From Alphaproteobacteria bacterium (GTDB lineage Bacteria > Pseudomonadota > Alphaproteobacteria > UBA7887), in the NCBI GenBank assembly GCA_030739735.1, contig JASLYQ010000001.1, forward strand, positions 159,633-223,632: a stretch of 64,000 bases of DNA. Reading direction: 5' to 3'. The position numbers and the translations under genes are program-made. Below the pieces are notes generated by a model. It was not told the origin of the DNA, searched no databases, and saw only the letters and a program-made list of their open reading frames with translations. Positions 42,859 through 52,780 of this stretch are shown piece by piece (positions within the stretch are counted from its first letter, which is position 1; each line of letters begins with the position of its first letter).

Positions 42859-43852
42859 TAACAGATTTGCGCCCCGGGGATCAGGATTGTTGAGCCGGTC
42901 GTGCGACGGTCTTCAAGATCAGCATGCGCCCGGGCTGCGTCCCGCAAGCCATAACGCTGGTTGATCTCGATGCGCAGGGCGCCGTCCGCAATGAGCTTGA
43001 ACAGCTCCGCCGCGTTGCGCGAGCGCTGTATGGGGTCCTTGACAAAACAGGCAAGCCCGCCACACGGGTGACATTGAGCGCCTTGGGCGCCAGCCGCGTT
43101 GTCTGCAAGAGTGGCGTTGGGCCAGACGACTGGCCATAGCTCACCATCCAGCCGCGCTCGGCCAGGACATCGATGCCCTTGTCGAAAGTGTCCTTGCCGA
43201 TGGCGTCATAAATGGCATTGACGCCCTTGCCCTGGGTCAGGTCCATGGCTGCCTCGGCAAAATTTATCTTGCGATAGAGGATGGGATGGTCACAGCCGTG
43301 CGAGGCAGCAAGCGCAGCCTTGTCGGCATTCCCAACCGTGCCGATGACCGTGGCGCCGAGATGTTTGGCCCACTGGCAAAGCAACAGGCCGACCCCGCCC
43401 GCCGCGGCGTGCACCAGTACGGTGTTGCCAAGCTTAACAGGATACAGCTCACGCACCAGATAATGCGCCGTGAGCCCTTTCAGCGTCGCCGCCGCGGCGG
43501 TCTCGTCCGAGATGCCGTCCGCCAACTTGATCAGCCGGTCGCACTGGATGAGGCGCCGCTCGGCATAGCTGCCGAGCATCATACAATAGGTCACACGGTC
43601 ACCCTCGGCAAAATCGCTCACACCAGGACCGATGGCCTCGACAGCGCCCATGCCTTCCATGCCGAGCGTCACCGGAAGTTCGCGCAGAGGATAGGCGCCA
43701 GAGCGTTGGTTGACGTCAATGAAATTGAGCCCGATGGCACCGTGACGGATGCGCACCTCACCGGGTCCGGGATCACCGACCTCGACCTCCTCCCAGCGCA
43801 TCTCCTCGGGCCCGCCGGTCGCGTGGATACGTATCGCATGGCTCGTTGTCAT
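42859..43852 (-). pseudogene. quinone oxidoreductase (MDR/Zn-ADH superfamily, Qor-like) with an apparent -1 frameshift near 43055-43072
   Basis: Start MTTSHAIRIHATGGPEEM (RBS GGAGGA). The N-terminal 270 aa are a clean Qor match up to …LAPKALNVTR. The conserved C-terminus (…AAELFKLIADGALRIEINQRYGLRDAARAHADLEDRRTTGSTILIP*) is encoded in the -1 frame ending at 42859, whereas the in-frame continuation is low-complexity. Confidence 0.6.
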
Positions 43853-43943
43853 GTGCCGCACTCCTCCAAAGAATGGGACTGGACCATTGCCTAACCACAG
43901 GTCAGAATCGCAGCGCCACCGCAAGGACAAAAGGATCCAGCGC

Positions 43944-44576
43944 ATGAAGCTCTACGATTTCGGCCCTGCTGCCAACTCCAAACGCGTTCGAATGTTCCTG
44001 GCTGAGAAGGGCCTTAAGCTTCCCACCGTAGAGCTCAACGTCCGCGACGACGAGCAATTCAAGGAGCCCTTCACCTCGATGAACCCGTTCCACTGCGTGC
44101 CTTTCCTTGAACTCGACGACGGTACGGTGATCGCGGAATCGATCTCGGTATGCCGCTATCTCGAGGAGCTACATCCTGAACCCTCGCTATTCGGGCGCAC
44201 GTCAGCCGAACGCGGCATCATCGACATGTGGACCCGGCGAGTTGAGCTCGACGGCTTCCTGCCACTGCTTCATGCGACGCGTAACGACATGCCTCTATTC
44301 GCCGGGCGTGTCGTGCCCGGCACGCGCACCGATCTCGCCCAGCTGCCAGCCATGGTCGAGCGCGGCCAGGAAATGGCTCATGTCTTTTTTGGGCGCCTCG
44401 AGCCACACATGCAGGACAACGAATTCATTGCCGGCGCGAACGTAAGCAACGCCGACATCACTGCCTGGTTCGTGGTCAACATGGCCAACCGCTTCAAGAT
44501 GGGTATCGGAGAGCGCTATCCCGGCATCCAACGCTGGCACACCATGTTCTCCGCCCGGCCAAGCACAGAGGCTTAG
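43944..44576 (+). CDS. glutathione S-transferase family protein
   Basis: Start at MKLYDFGPAANSKRVRMFLAEKG (the track ORF extends upstream). GST N- and C-domains. 210 aa. Confidence 0.8.
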   Translation: MKLYDFGPAANSKRVRMFLAEKGLKLPTVELNVRDDEQFKEPFTSMNPFHCVPFLELDDGTVIAESISVCRYLEELHPEPSLFGRTSAERGIIDMWTRRVELDGFLPLLHATRNDMPLFAGRVVPGTRTDLAQLPAMVERGQEMAHVFFGRLEPHMQDNEFIAGANVSNADITAWFVVNMANRFKMGIGERYPGIQRWHTMFSARPSTEA

Positions 44577-44737
44577 CACCCTTACGACAACCGGCTAATG
44601 CATCGTGGCAAGCATTCCAGAAGACTTCCCGATTTCCGGTCTGAAAGCAGCCCGGATCGATGGTGCCCATATCGGCCTATCGGGCGAGACTATCACGGAC
44701 ACGGGCCACACTCACGAGGCAGGTTAGATTCTTACTT

Positions 44738-46381
44738 CTATTTCTGCATGACGAATAGTTGCCAGGGATTGGCTTCGCTATCGGGATCTATCATTATCTC
44801 GATCAGCGCGGGGGCGTTCCGTTCTATGGCGGCGGCAAGCACTGGGCGCAGGGCTTCCGGGTTGTCGACGCGCGCGCCGTGCACGCCAAAGCTCTCGGCG
44901 AGCGCCACAAAGTCCGGGTTCTCGAGCTCTGAGGCGATGATGCGGTCCTGGAAGCGAGTCCGCTGGTCACGGCGGATATTACCGTAGGCCGAGTTGTTGA
45001 AGACCAGCACCACGACGCCAAGGTCGTGCTGCGCCGCGGTCGCCAGCTCCTGCACGCCGAACATGAAGCCGCCATCCCCCGCCACCGAGATTACCACCCG
45101 GTCCGGGTTGGCCGCTTTAACGCCCAGCGAGGTCGGATAGCCGAAGCCGAGCGTGCCCTGGTAGCCGGCAGTGATATATTGCCGCGGCCCTGCCATGGGC
45201 AGGCCGTAATAGGACGCATAGCCGACTTGGCAGAGCTCCTCGACGAAAAAGCCGTCGGCCGGCATGATCTCGCGGATGACATCGAGATAGCCCATCTGTG
45301 GCTGCAATTCCTGCAGCCGCACCTGCGCACGGTCCTTGGCTGTAGCCGTCTCGGTCCGGCGCCCCGCGCCGGCCGGGCGAATACGCCCGGAAAGCGCCGC
45401 CGTGGCCTCGGCTGCATCGCCCAAAATGCCAACCTGCGGCACCAGGCGCGCGAGCTCTTCCTCGTCGATATCAATGCGAATGAGCGCCGGCGGCGGGCGC
45501 ACCTCGGTGATAGCATTCATGAAGCCGCGCCAGCGCATATAGGGCAGCTCGAGCCGCGTGCCGATGCCGAGCAGCACGTCGGTCTCGCGCCACAGCACCT
45601 GCGCCGCCAGCGCCGAGACCGCCAGCGCATGGTGCTCGTCGATGACACCACGTCCGGCGCGGAACGACCCTACTGGCGCGCCCAGCGCCTCGGCCAGCGC
45701 CAAGACCCCGGGCCCAGCATGGCGGGCGCCGCCACCGACCAGGATCAGCGGCGCGCGGGCACCGTTCAGCAGTGCCGCCGCCTCGTCGAGGGCAAGCGGA
45801 TCGGCGCGGGGCGGGCGGTCCGCGCCGGCGGGCGGCAGGAAACACACCTCGGCGCTCTCGCCCATGGTGTCCCAGCACATCTCCAGCGCCGCCGGGCCGG
45901 GCCGGCCCGAGAGCATGGCGCGGAAGGCGCCCTCTACCGCTGCCGGCACGTCCTCCGTGCGATCAATATGCGTCGCCCATTTGGTGATCGAGCGCAGAGT
46001 GGCAAGCTGGTCGGGGATCTCATGCAGGTGTCCGCGCCCCTTGCCGAGAAAGCCAGACGGCACCTGGCCCGTTAGGCAGAGCACCGGCTGGTTGGTGGCT
46101 AGCGCCGTGCACAATGCGGCGCCGGTATTCAGCACGCCGGGCCCCGGCACCACGGAATAGACGCTCGGCTTGCCGGTCGACTGCGCATGGCCAAAAGCCA
46201 TATAGGCAGCCGCCTGCTCGTGGCGCGTCACCACGGTACGAATTTTATCCCGGACGCCGTAAAGGGCGTCGAACAGGGGATAGGTCTGCACGCCGGGCAC
46301 GCCATAGACGGTGTCGATGCCGTGGGCAATCAAGGCTGCGACGATAGCCTCGCCGCCGCACACGGTCTCAGGTGCGCTCAT
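44738..46381 (-). CDS. thiamine-diphosphate-dependent enzyme (acetolactate synthase large subunit-like family)
   Basis: 547 aa. TPP_enzyme N/M/C domains. C-terminal ThDP motif GDGGFMF…NNSAYG. Confidence 0.8.
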   Translation of the reverse strand: MSAPETVCGGEAIVAALIAHGIDTVYGVPGVQTYPLFDALYGVRDKIRTVVTRHEQAAAYMAFGHAQSTGKPSVYSVVPGPGVLNTGAALCTALATNQPVLCLTGQVPSGFLGKGRGHLHEIPDQLATLRSITKWATHIDRTEDVPAAVEGAFRAMLSGRPGPAALEMCWDTMGESAEVCFLPPAGADRPPRADPLALDEAAALLNGARAPLILVGGGARHAGPGVLALAEALGAPVGSFRAGRGVIDEHHALAVSALAAQVLWRETDVLLGIGTRLELPYMRWRGFMNAITEVRPPPALIRIDIDEEELARLVPQVGILGDAAEATAALSGRIRPAGAGRRTETATAKDRAQVRLQELQPQMGYLDVIREIMPADGFFVEELCQVGYASYYGLPMAGPRQYITAGYQGTLGFGYPTSLGVKAANPDRVVISVAGDGGFMFGVQELATAAQHDLGVVVLVFNNSAYGNIRRDQRTRFQDRIIASELENPDFVALAESFGVHGARVDNPEALRPVLAAAIERNAPALIEIMIDPDSEANPWQLFVMQK

Positions 46382-47595
46382 AGCTGCTGTCGCAAGAAAT
46401 CGAGCACACTAATCACGGCATATTGCCGTACCCGGTCGCGATCGCCGGGCAGGCGCACGAGGCGACTTTCGGTGCCACGTTCGCGCGCCAGGCCGAGATA
46501 GACTGTGCCGGGCCTCTCTCCGCTGGGGTGATCGCGCTCGAAGATGCCGGTGGTCGCCAGCCCGATATCGGCGTCGAGCGTCTCGCGCACTGCCACCGCC
46601 ATGGCGCTTGCCGCCTCCGGCGTCGGTTGTGCCGCAGGTAGGCCAAGCGGCGGCTCGCCCTCGAGCGGGCTGACGACGGTTCCACGCAGCACATCGTCGG
46701 CGCCAGGCACCAGCGCCAGACGGGTACCGGCGATGCCGCCGGTAACCCCCTCGGCGACCGCCAGTGTCAGGCCCTTTTCGCGCATGGCCCCGATCACCAC
46801 CGATTCCATGGTCTCGTCATCGGTGCCAAAAATGATCGGCCCGAGCATGTCGCGCAACCGCGTTTCCTCTTCGGCGAGTACGGCTTCGGCAGCGGCCTCG
46901 TCGGCAGCCTTAGCCGTAATGCGCACCTTGATACCCTCGATGCCGCTAGCCTGAAACGCCAGCGTCGGCGAGCCGAGGCGGTCGAGCTCCGCGATACGCT
47001 CGGCTAGAATTTCAGCCAAGCCTGATTCTGTCTGGCCCCAGGTGCGCACGACGCGACTGCGGATCACCGCTGTGGTACCAGCTCGGCGCCGCAGGTCGGG
47101 CAGGATGGTGCCCTCCATCATCAAACGCATCTCGAAAGGCACGCCGGGCACGGCATAGATCACCTTGTCACCGACCGGGCAGATTAACCCCGGCGCGGTA
47201 CCGGGCATTTGCGGGATGGCGGACGCGCCTTCTGGCATGTCGGCTTGGCGTAAATTGTTAGCGGCCATGGGGCGACCGCGCGAGGCGAACAGATTGCGGA
47301 TGTGCTCGGCCATGGCCTCGTCGCGCAGCAGCGGCACGCTCATGATCTCGGCGATGGCCTCGCGTGTGATATCGTCCTGGGTCGGACCCAGCCCACCGCA
47401 GGTGATCACCGCATCGGCGCGCGACAACGCGAGGCGGATGGTCTCGACCATACGCACCTGGTTGTCGCCGACCTTAGTCTGGTAATAGGAGTCGATCCCC
47501 GCCAGGGCCATCTGGCCGCCGATCCAAGACGAATTCGTATCGACGACCTGGCCGAGCAGAAGCTCGGTGCCGACCGCCACCACCTCGCAGCGCAT
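46378..47595 (-). CDS. CinA-family competence/damage-inducible protein (MocF-like N-domain + NMN deamidase domain)
   Basis: Start at MRCEVVAVGTELLLGQVVDTNS (RBS GGAGGA). ATGA overlap with the downstream ThDP-enzyme gene. Confidence 0.8.
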   Translation of the reverse strand: MRCEVVAVGTELLLGQVVDTNSSWIGGQMALAGIDSYYQTKVGDNQVRMVETIRLALSRADAVITCGGLGPTQDDITREAIAEIMSVPLLRDEAMAEHIRNLFASRGRPMAANNLRQADMPEGASAIPQMPGTAPGLICPVGDKVIYAVPGVPFEMRLMMEGTILPDLRRRAGTTAVIRSRVVRTWGQTESGLAEILAERIAELDRLGSPTLAFQASGIEGIKVRITAKAADEAAAEAVLAEEETRLRDMLGPIIFGTDDETMESVVIGAMREKGLTLAVAEGVTGGIAGTRLALVPGADDVLRGTVVSPLEGEPPLGLPAAQPTPEAASAMAVAVRETLDADIGLATTGIFERDHPSGERPGTVYLGLARERGTESRLVRLPGDRDRVRQYAVISVLDFLRQQL

Positions 47596-47675
47596 GTTTC
47601 CTCCGCATCCCGAAGCCACGCGCCGGCATCTTAGCGGCGCACAAGCAAGGAAGCGAGGCTCGCCGAATGCGGTGT

Positions 47676-47833
47676 TATTAATTAGTGACTGCCACCTATT
47701 TACCCACACCTATTCAGGTGATTTCAATATGTTATATAAAACCAAAAATTTTTCTTTCTGTATAACTACGCTAATTATATGAATTCACGGAAAAAATAGA
47801 ACATTAATTAGTAACTGTTACCTTTATCTTGCG
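47676..47833. repeat. AT-rich intergenic segment carrying two imperfect approx 25-bp direct repeats (ATTAATTAGTrACTGyyACCTwT)
   Basis: Copy 1 at about 47679-47703 (ATTAATTAGTGACTGCCACCTATTT). Copy 2 at about 47806-47830 (ATTAATTAGTAACTGTTACCTTTAT). The surrounding 200 bp are under 35% GC in a 65% GC genome. Confidence 0.6.
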
Positions 47834-47946
47834 GTATATAAAGAAAATTATGGAACGAACTCAATCTCTCTTTTTGCCTGAATATCAATTTCTTGTATCG
47901 GACACACGGTGCCGGACACCGCCTCGCGACCGAGCGCATTAGGGCC

Positions 47947-49719
47947 TCAGTTGAAGTGTAGCGCTGCCGGGGGTAGGTGGTCGGCGTCAAGGCAGCACCA
48001 ATCGGCGACTTCAATGCCAAGGTCGGCGAACAGTGGACGCAGAATGGCAACGCGGCGAAAGGGGGCATTGCCGAGGGCGTCGCTGTCACCGGCGCGGCTG
48101 CGCGCGGCAAGCCCCTCTATCGCGGCCTTGAGCGTGGCGAAGTCGTCGGCCATGGCGACAGTCGCGGCGCCCTCGCCAGTGATGTTCCAGGACAGACTGA
48201 CGGAAAGCCAGGCATCGCCCGCGGCGGAGCGCGCGCCAAGGCCACTCACAGTGTCGCGCAGGGCAAAGGTCGCCCGCCAGTTTTCGCCGTCGCGGCGCAA
48301 ATTTCTGTCCTCGACGGCCAGGCCGGCAGGCGCCGCGGAATCGGAGCGCAGCCGCGCAACGCTGCCACTGCCATCGCCGCGCAAACGCCCGCGCAGCACC
48401 AGGCTACCGTCAGCAAAAGGCTCGCAAGTGAAGCCGAACTCGTCGCCGTCGGCGCGCACCGCGCACGGTGTCACCACCTCGCGGACCACTGTGGCGCCGT
48501 CGCGCAGGCGCGCATCGAGGCGCTGGATATCCACCAGGGCCATGAAGTTACCCAGCCCGGCAATGGTCTGGCTCACCCAGAAGGGCTCGACAGACGGCAT
48601 GCCGGCAAAGGACGCCGGCACTCCCCAAACGCTCTCTGGCCGCCGCTCATAGAGCGGCTCGTAGGTATCGTCGAATTGCAGCAGAGCGGGCGTGACCAGC
48701 GCCCTGAGCTCAGCGAGATCCATCTCGCCGTCCACGCGGCCAGTGCCGTAGCCGGCTTCTGCAAATGGGTCGTAGTCCGCGAGATCTGCGCTAGCGAGGG
48801 CGGCCCCTGCAGGGAAGCGTGCCTGCCAGCCCGCCACGACAGAGGCGGCGAAACGGTCGCGCGCGCCGTCGCCCGCCTCGGCAAGCTGGTAACCGCTGGT
48901 TAGACGGTAACGCAGCGCCGCCACCAGACCGTCGCGCCGGCACCCCACCGCATCCTCCGAGGCCTCGCACGCCTGTTGCCAAGCCGCCTGATAGGCGACG
49001 AAATAATTGGCGCGATTTGTCGACTCGTCAAAGGATTCGGGAATGTCGAATGGCACCGTGGCATCGATACCGTAGAAACGCTCGCTGGTATGGCGCAGCA
49101 ACGCCGCCACCTTAATGTTCGTATTGCTCTCGGCCCAGGGGCGGTCGGCATAGATCAGCGCATGGTTATGGTGGCAGGCGAGGCAGAGCCCGCGGTCAAC
49201 ATAGCCCACCGTGGGGTTACCGCCTTCACGGTAATCGCTGATGACCTGATAATCGAAGCGCCCGGCGGCCTCATTGTAGCTGATCGCCTCGACCGAGTTG
49301 GTGCGCGGCTGATAGCCGAGATAGAGCCTGTCCTTCATCATCAGACCCGATTCCCCCGCGGTGGGCGCCGGCTCTGTATCGACGGCACCGACCGCCCGCG
49401 GGTAGCGGAAGAAGTCCGGCTCAGCCTCGTGGCGGTGCAGAGAGCGGCCGATCGGGTGCAGTACCCGCTTTATGGGCTCCCGGAATCCGGGTCCAAGCCG
49501 CGCGGCGATGCGCTCGATTAACGCCTCAAAGGGATAGGGTGCGACGATCTGCCAATCGCCATCGACCTCCTCGGCCAGTACGAAGTCGAGCAGCGAGCGC
49601 CCGACCGGCGGCAGGTCCGGTCCGCGATTAGCTTCCGAGGTTAGCGCTTCGGGCTCGGCCAGTACCGGCGCCACAAAGGTTAGTACCAAGAGTATTGGGA
49701 AAAGTTGTCGCATCACCAC
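47947..49719 (-). CDS. exported hypothetical protein with a single CXXCH haem-c-type motif
   Basis: 590 aa. N-terminal signal peptide MVMRQLFPILLVLTFVAPVLAEP. CLACHH at about residue 186. No other family recognised. Confidence 0.6.
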   Translation of the reverse strand: MVMRQLFPILLVLTFVAPVLAEPEALTSEANRGPDLPPVGRSLLDFVLAEEVDGDWQIVAPYPFEALIERIAARLGPGFREPIKRVLHPIGRSLHRHEAEPDFFRYPRAVGAVDTEPAPTAGESGLMMKDRLYLGYQPRTNSVEAISYNEAAGRFDYQVISDYREGGNPTVGYVDRGLCLACHHNHALIYADRPWAESNTNIKVAALLRHTSERFYGIDATVPFDIPESFDESTNRANYFVAYQAAWQQACEASEDAVGCRRDGLVAALRYRLTSGYQLAEAGDGARDRFAASVVAGWQARFPAGAALASADLADYDPFAEAGYGTGRVDGEMDLAELRALVTPALLQFDDTYEPLYERRPESVWGVPASFAGMPSVEPFWVSQTIAGLGNFMALVDIQRLDARLRDGATVVREVVTPCAVRADGDEFGFTCEPFADGSLVLRGRLRGDGSGSVARLRSDSAAPAGLAVEDRNLRRDGENWRATFALRDTVSGLGARSAAGDAWLSVSLSWNITGEGAATVAMADDFATLKAAIEGLAARSRAGDSDALGNAPFRRVAILRPLFADLGIEVADWCCLDADHLPPAALHFN

Positions 49720-50008
49720 GGCCGCACCATAGGTCGTATTTACCGATTATACACAGGCTTTCTGTGCCGACGTCGGCTCATGGCGAAAGCCGCGTACAAG
49801 TTTTCTGGGTGCGATACCCCACACCTGGCATTTACACCATCAACAGTTGAAGATATTTGGGTATTGAAGGTTTACCAAAATGACGCCAAATTAAGGCTAT
49901 GTGACCCAATTCGCAGAAGATTTTGTTGGAGAAATTAGTGGACTTTGTGGCGTACTGCTTCGTAGTAAGCTAATGCAAAATAGTGTTAAATCTTTTATTT
50001 AATTGAAT

Positions 50009-50095
50009 GCCCCTGTGGTGGAATTGGTAGACACGACAGACTCAAAATCTGTTGTCCGCAAGGACGTGTCGGTTCGAGTCCGACTGGGGGCACCA
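50009..50095 (+). tRNA. tRNA-Leu (anticodon CAA)
   Basis: 87 nt. Acceptor stem GCCCCTG/TGGGGGC, D-arm GTGGAATTGGTAGAC, anticodon loop CT-CAA-AA, long variable arm (type II), T-arm GGTTCGAGTCC, encoded CCA. Confidence 0.85.
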
Positions 50096-50243
50096 CCGCT
50101 TAACTAGCTTTTTGCATCGGTATTAATGCTTTAGTGCGTAGTGGGCGCCGGTCTGTCGGCGCTAAGCCGCGTGGGTAAGTGCGACTGCTGCATCCGGATT
50201 CGTTTTTAGTCTCCGGAAATACTCGGTTTTCGAGACCCAACGC

Positions 50244-52691
50244 TCAACTTGTCACGCGCTCATGGGCCGGGTCATAAAACGGCCGAGCGCTCGCCTTAGC
50301 GGCGAATTGGCTACCGCCAATCTCTATCTCGTAGGAGGCCTCTTCGATCCAGGCTTTATCGGCGCCATCGGGCATGTCGAGATAGCCCATGCCCACGGAC
50401 CGACCCAGCGTGTAGCCGAAGGTGCCGGACGTCATCATGCCGGCCAGATCGCCATTACGAAAGATCGGCTCGTCATGCAGCAAGATCGGCTCGGGGTCGT
50501 CCATCAGAAAATGCGCGAGGCGCCGGCTCAGACCCTTCGCCTTTTGTTGCTCCAAGGCTGCGCGACCGATGAAGTCGGTAGTCTTCTTGAAAGAAACGGC
50601 GAAGCCGAGTCCCGCCTCGAGCGGCGTGTCGGCTGGCGTAATGTCGTGGCCCCAATGGCGATAGCCCTTTTCGCTGCGTAGCGAATCAAGAGCATGATAG
50701 CCGGCCAGGCGAAGGCCGAGATCCGCCCCATCGGCCATCAGCAGATCGAAAACCGGGCCGCTGAATTCCGTCGGCAGATAGAGCTCCCAACCCAGCTCGC
50801 CGACATAGGTGATGCGCATTGCGCGTGCCTTAGCATAGCCGATTTCGATCTCCTGGCTTGTACCAAACCGAAAAGCCTCGCTCGAAAAATCGGTATTTGA
50901 CAGACGCGACAGGAGCTGCCGTGAATTCGGGCCCATCACCGACAGCACGCCATAGGCCGAGGTCACGTCCTCGATGGTAACGAACGCCTCGTCATCGAGA
51001 TTGCGGCGGATCCAGTTGATGTCGCGCGCTTGCGAGGCAGCAGCCGTAACCACCAGGTACTTATTCTCGGCCAGACGCGTCACGGTCAAGTCGGCCTCGA
51101 TACCACCACCGGAATTGAGAAATTGCGTGTAGACCACTTTGCCGACCGCCACCGCCATATCGGCAGCGCAGATTCGTTGCAGTTGGACTTCGGCATCGCG
51201 CCCCTGAACCACGGCCTTGCCGAACGACGAGAGGTCGAACATACCGACGGCCTCGCGCACCGCCTTGTGCTCCTCGCCGACAGGATCGAACCAATTCTGC
51301 CTACCATAGGCGTATTCGTATGCAGTGCTAACACCGTTGGGTGCGTACCAGTTTGCGCGCTCCCAGCCAGCGACCTCCCCGAAGCTCGCATTATGTTTTG
51401 CCAAGCGACTGTGCAGTGGCGTCTCGCGCACAGGGCGCGCAGTCTCCATCTGCAGATGCGGCCAATGCATAGCGTAGAGGAGGCCAAGGCTTTCCCGCGT
51501 GCGGTCGTGCAAGTAGCGACAGTTGGCCTGAAAGCGCTGAAAGCGAACAATGTCGATCTCTGACAGATCCATGGTTGGTTGCCCCTCGACAATCCATTCC
51601 GCGAGGGCGCGCCCGACGCCAGCCCCACTGAGGATACCTTGGGAGTTGAATCCAGCGGCAACGAAGAAATTCTTCAACTCTGGCGCTTTGCCGAGAATGA
51701 AACGGTTGTCTGGCGTAAAACTTTCCGGGCCGTTCATAAAATGCCTGATACCTGCGTTCTCGAGTAGGGGTATCATCTCCATGGCGCGGCCCAGTGGCGG
51801 TCCGAACTGGTCCCAATCCTCCTGCAGTTCGCCGAACTCGAACTTGGCCGGAAGCGCGTCGAGCGACAACGGCTTAGCATTCGGCTCAAAGGCACCAACC
51901 AACAGCTTGCCGGCATCCTCTTTCACATACACGGTGCCGTCGGTATCACGCAGGACAGGCAAGTCAGAAGGTATCGCCGGATCGGTCTCGGTCGTCACAT
52001 ACATGTGCTCGGCGGCGTAAAGCGGCACGTTGACACCGGCCAGGCAACCGATATTGCGGGCCCAAACGCCGGCACAGTTAGCAACAACCTCACAGACTAT
52101 GTTCCCGTGGTCGGTTACGACCGCCGTGACCGCCCCGTCGACAATCTCGAAGCCTGTGACGCTAACCCCCTCGACAATTCGAATGCCACCTCGGCGCGCT
52201 CCCTTGGCGAGCGCCATGGTCGTATCGATGGCATTGGTCTGGCCGTCGCCCGGAATGAAACCGCCGCCGAGCACGCGGCCCTCGTCGAGCAGGGGGTAAA
52301 GCTCTTTGGCCTCGGCCGGGCCGACCATCCGCGTCTCGACGCCAAAGACCTTGCCCAGCGAGATCATGCGCGCAACCTCGGTTAGACGCTCTGGCGTGCG
52401 CGCGACCTGTAACGAGCCATTGGCCTTGAACCCCGTGGCCTGTCCCGTTTCCGCCTGCAACGCCCCATAAAGCAAGGGGCCGTAGCGGCAAAGCTCGGTC
52501 ATCGTATGGGTAGCGCGGAGCTGCGTGACCAGCCCCGCCGCGTGCCAGGTGGTGCCGCAGGTCAGTTTCCCACGCTCCAGCAACGTAACGTCGCTCCAGC
52601 CCAGCTTGGCGAGATGGTAGGCGATCGAGCAACCGGCGATGCCACCACCGATGATGACGACCCGGGACTGGCTGGGAAAGGCTTCGGCCAC
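50244..52691 (-). CDS. dimethylglycine/sarcosine dehydrogenase-family protein (FAD DAO domain + GcvT-like folate-binding domain)
   Basis: 815 aa. VVIIGGGIAGCSIAYHL FAD motif, covalent-FAD His region (GTTWHAAGL), C-terminal aminomethyltransferase fold. Confidence 0.85.
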   Translation of the reverse strand: MAEAFPSQSRVVIIGGGIAGCSIAYHLAKLGWSDVTLLERGKLTCGTTWHAAGLVTQLRATHTMTELCRYGPLLYGALQAETGQATGFKANGSLQVARTPERLTEVARMISLGKVFGVETRMVGPAEAKELYPLLDEGRVLGGGFIPGDGQTNAIDTTMALAKGARRGGIRIVEGVSVTGFEIVDGAVTAVVTDHGNIVCEVVANCAGVWARNIGCLAGVNVPLYAAEHMYVTTETDPAIPSDLPVLRDTDGTVYVKEDAGKLLVGAFEPNAKPLSLDALPAKFEFGELQEDWDQFGPPLGRAMEMIPLLENAGIRHFMNGPESFTPDNRFILGKAPELKNFFVAAGFNSQGILSGAGVGRALAEWIVEGQPTMDLSEIDIVRFQRFQANCRYLHDRTRESLGLLYAMHWPHLQMETARPVRETPLHSRLAKHNASFGEVAGWERANWYAPNGVSTAYEYAYGRQNWFDPVGEEHKAVREAVGMFDLSSFGKAVVQGRDAEVQLQRICAADMAVAVGKVVYTQFLNSGGGIEADLTVTRLAENKYLVVTAAASQARDINWIRRNLDDEAFVTIEDVTSAYGVLSVMGPNSRQLLSRLSNTDFSSEAFRFGTSQEIEIGYAKARAMRITYVGELGWELYLPTEFSGPVFDLLMADGADLGLRLAGYHALDSLRSEKGYRHWGHDITPADTPLEAGLGFAVSFKKTTDFIGRAALEQQKAKGLSRRLAHFLMDDPEPILLHDEPIFRNGDLAGMMTSGTFGYTLGRSVGMGYLDMPDGADKAWIEEASYEIEIGGSQFAAKASARPFYDPAHERVTS

Positions 52692-52780
52692 GACAACTTT
52701 CTCCTCAATAGGTCGACGGCGTGATCGCTCAGATCACGACGGTTTCGATCTCGCCGGGATTGCGATAGCGGTGCGGGAAA

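Noticed and set aside
44738-46381. Sulfoacetaldehyde acetyltransferase (Xsc) identity for the ThDP enzyme, which would have linked it to the sulfite dehydrogenase locus
   Set aside because: The sequence looks like a generic acetolactate-synthase-family ThDP enzyme. It is about 7 kb and a tRNA away from the sor-like genes, and I see no Xsc-specific features.
50096-50243. GC hairpin ggcgccg-gtctgt-cggcgcc downstream of tRNA-Leu / the DMGDH-like gene, as a bidirectional terminator
   Set aside because: The stem is only 6-7 bp and has no flanking T/A run on either strand, which is insufficient to call an intrinsic terminator.
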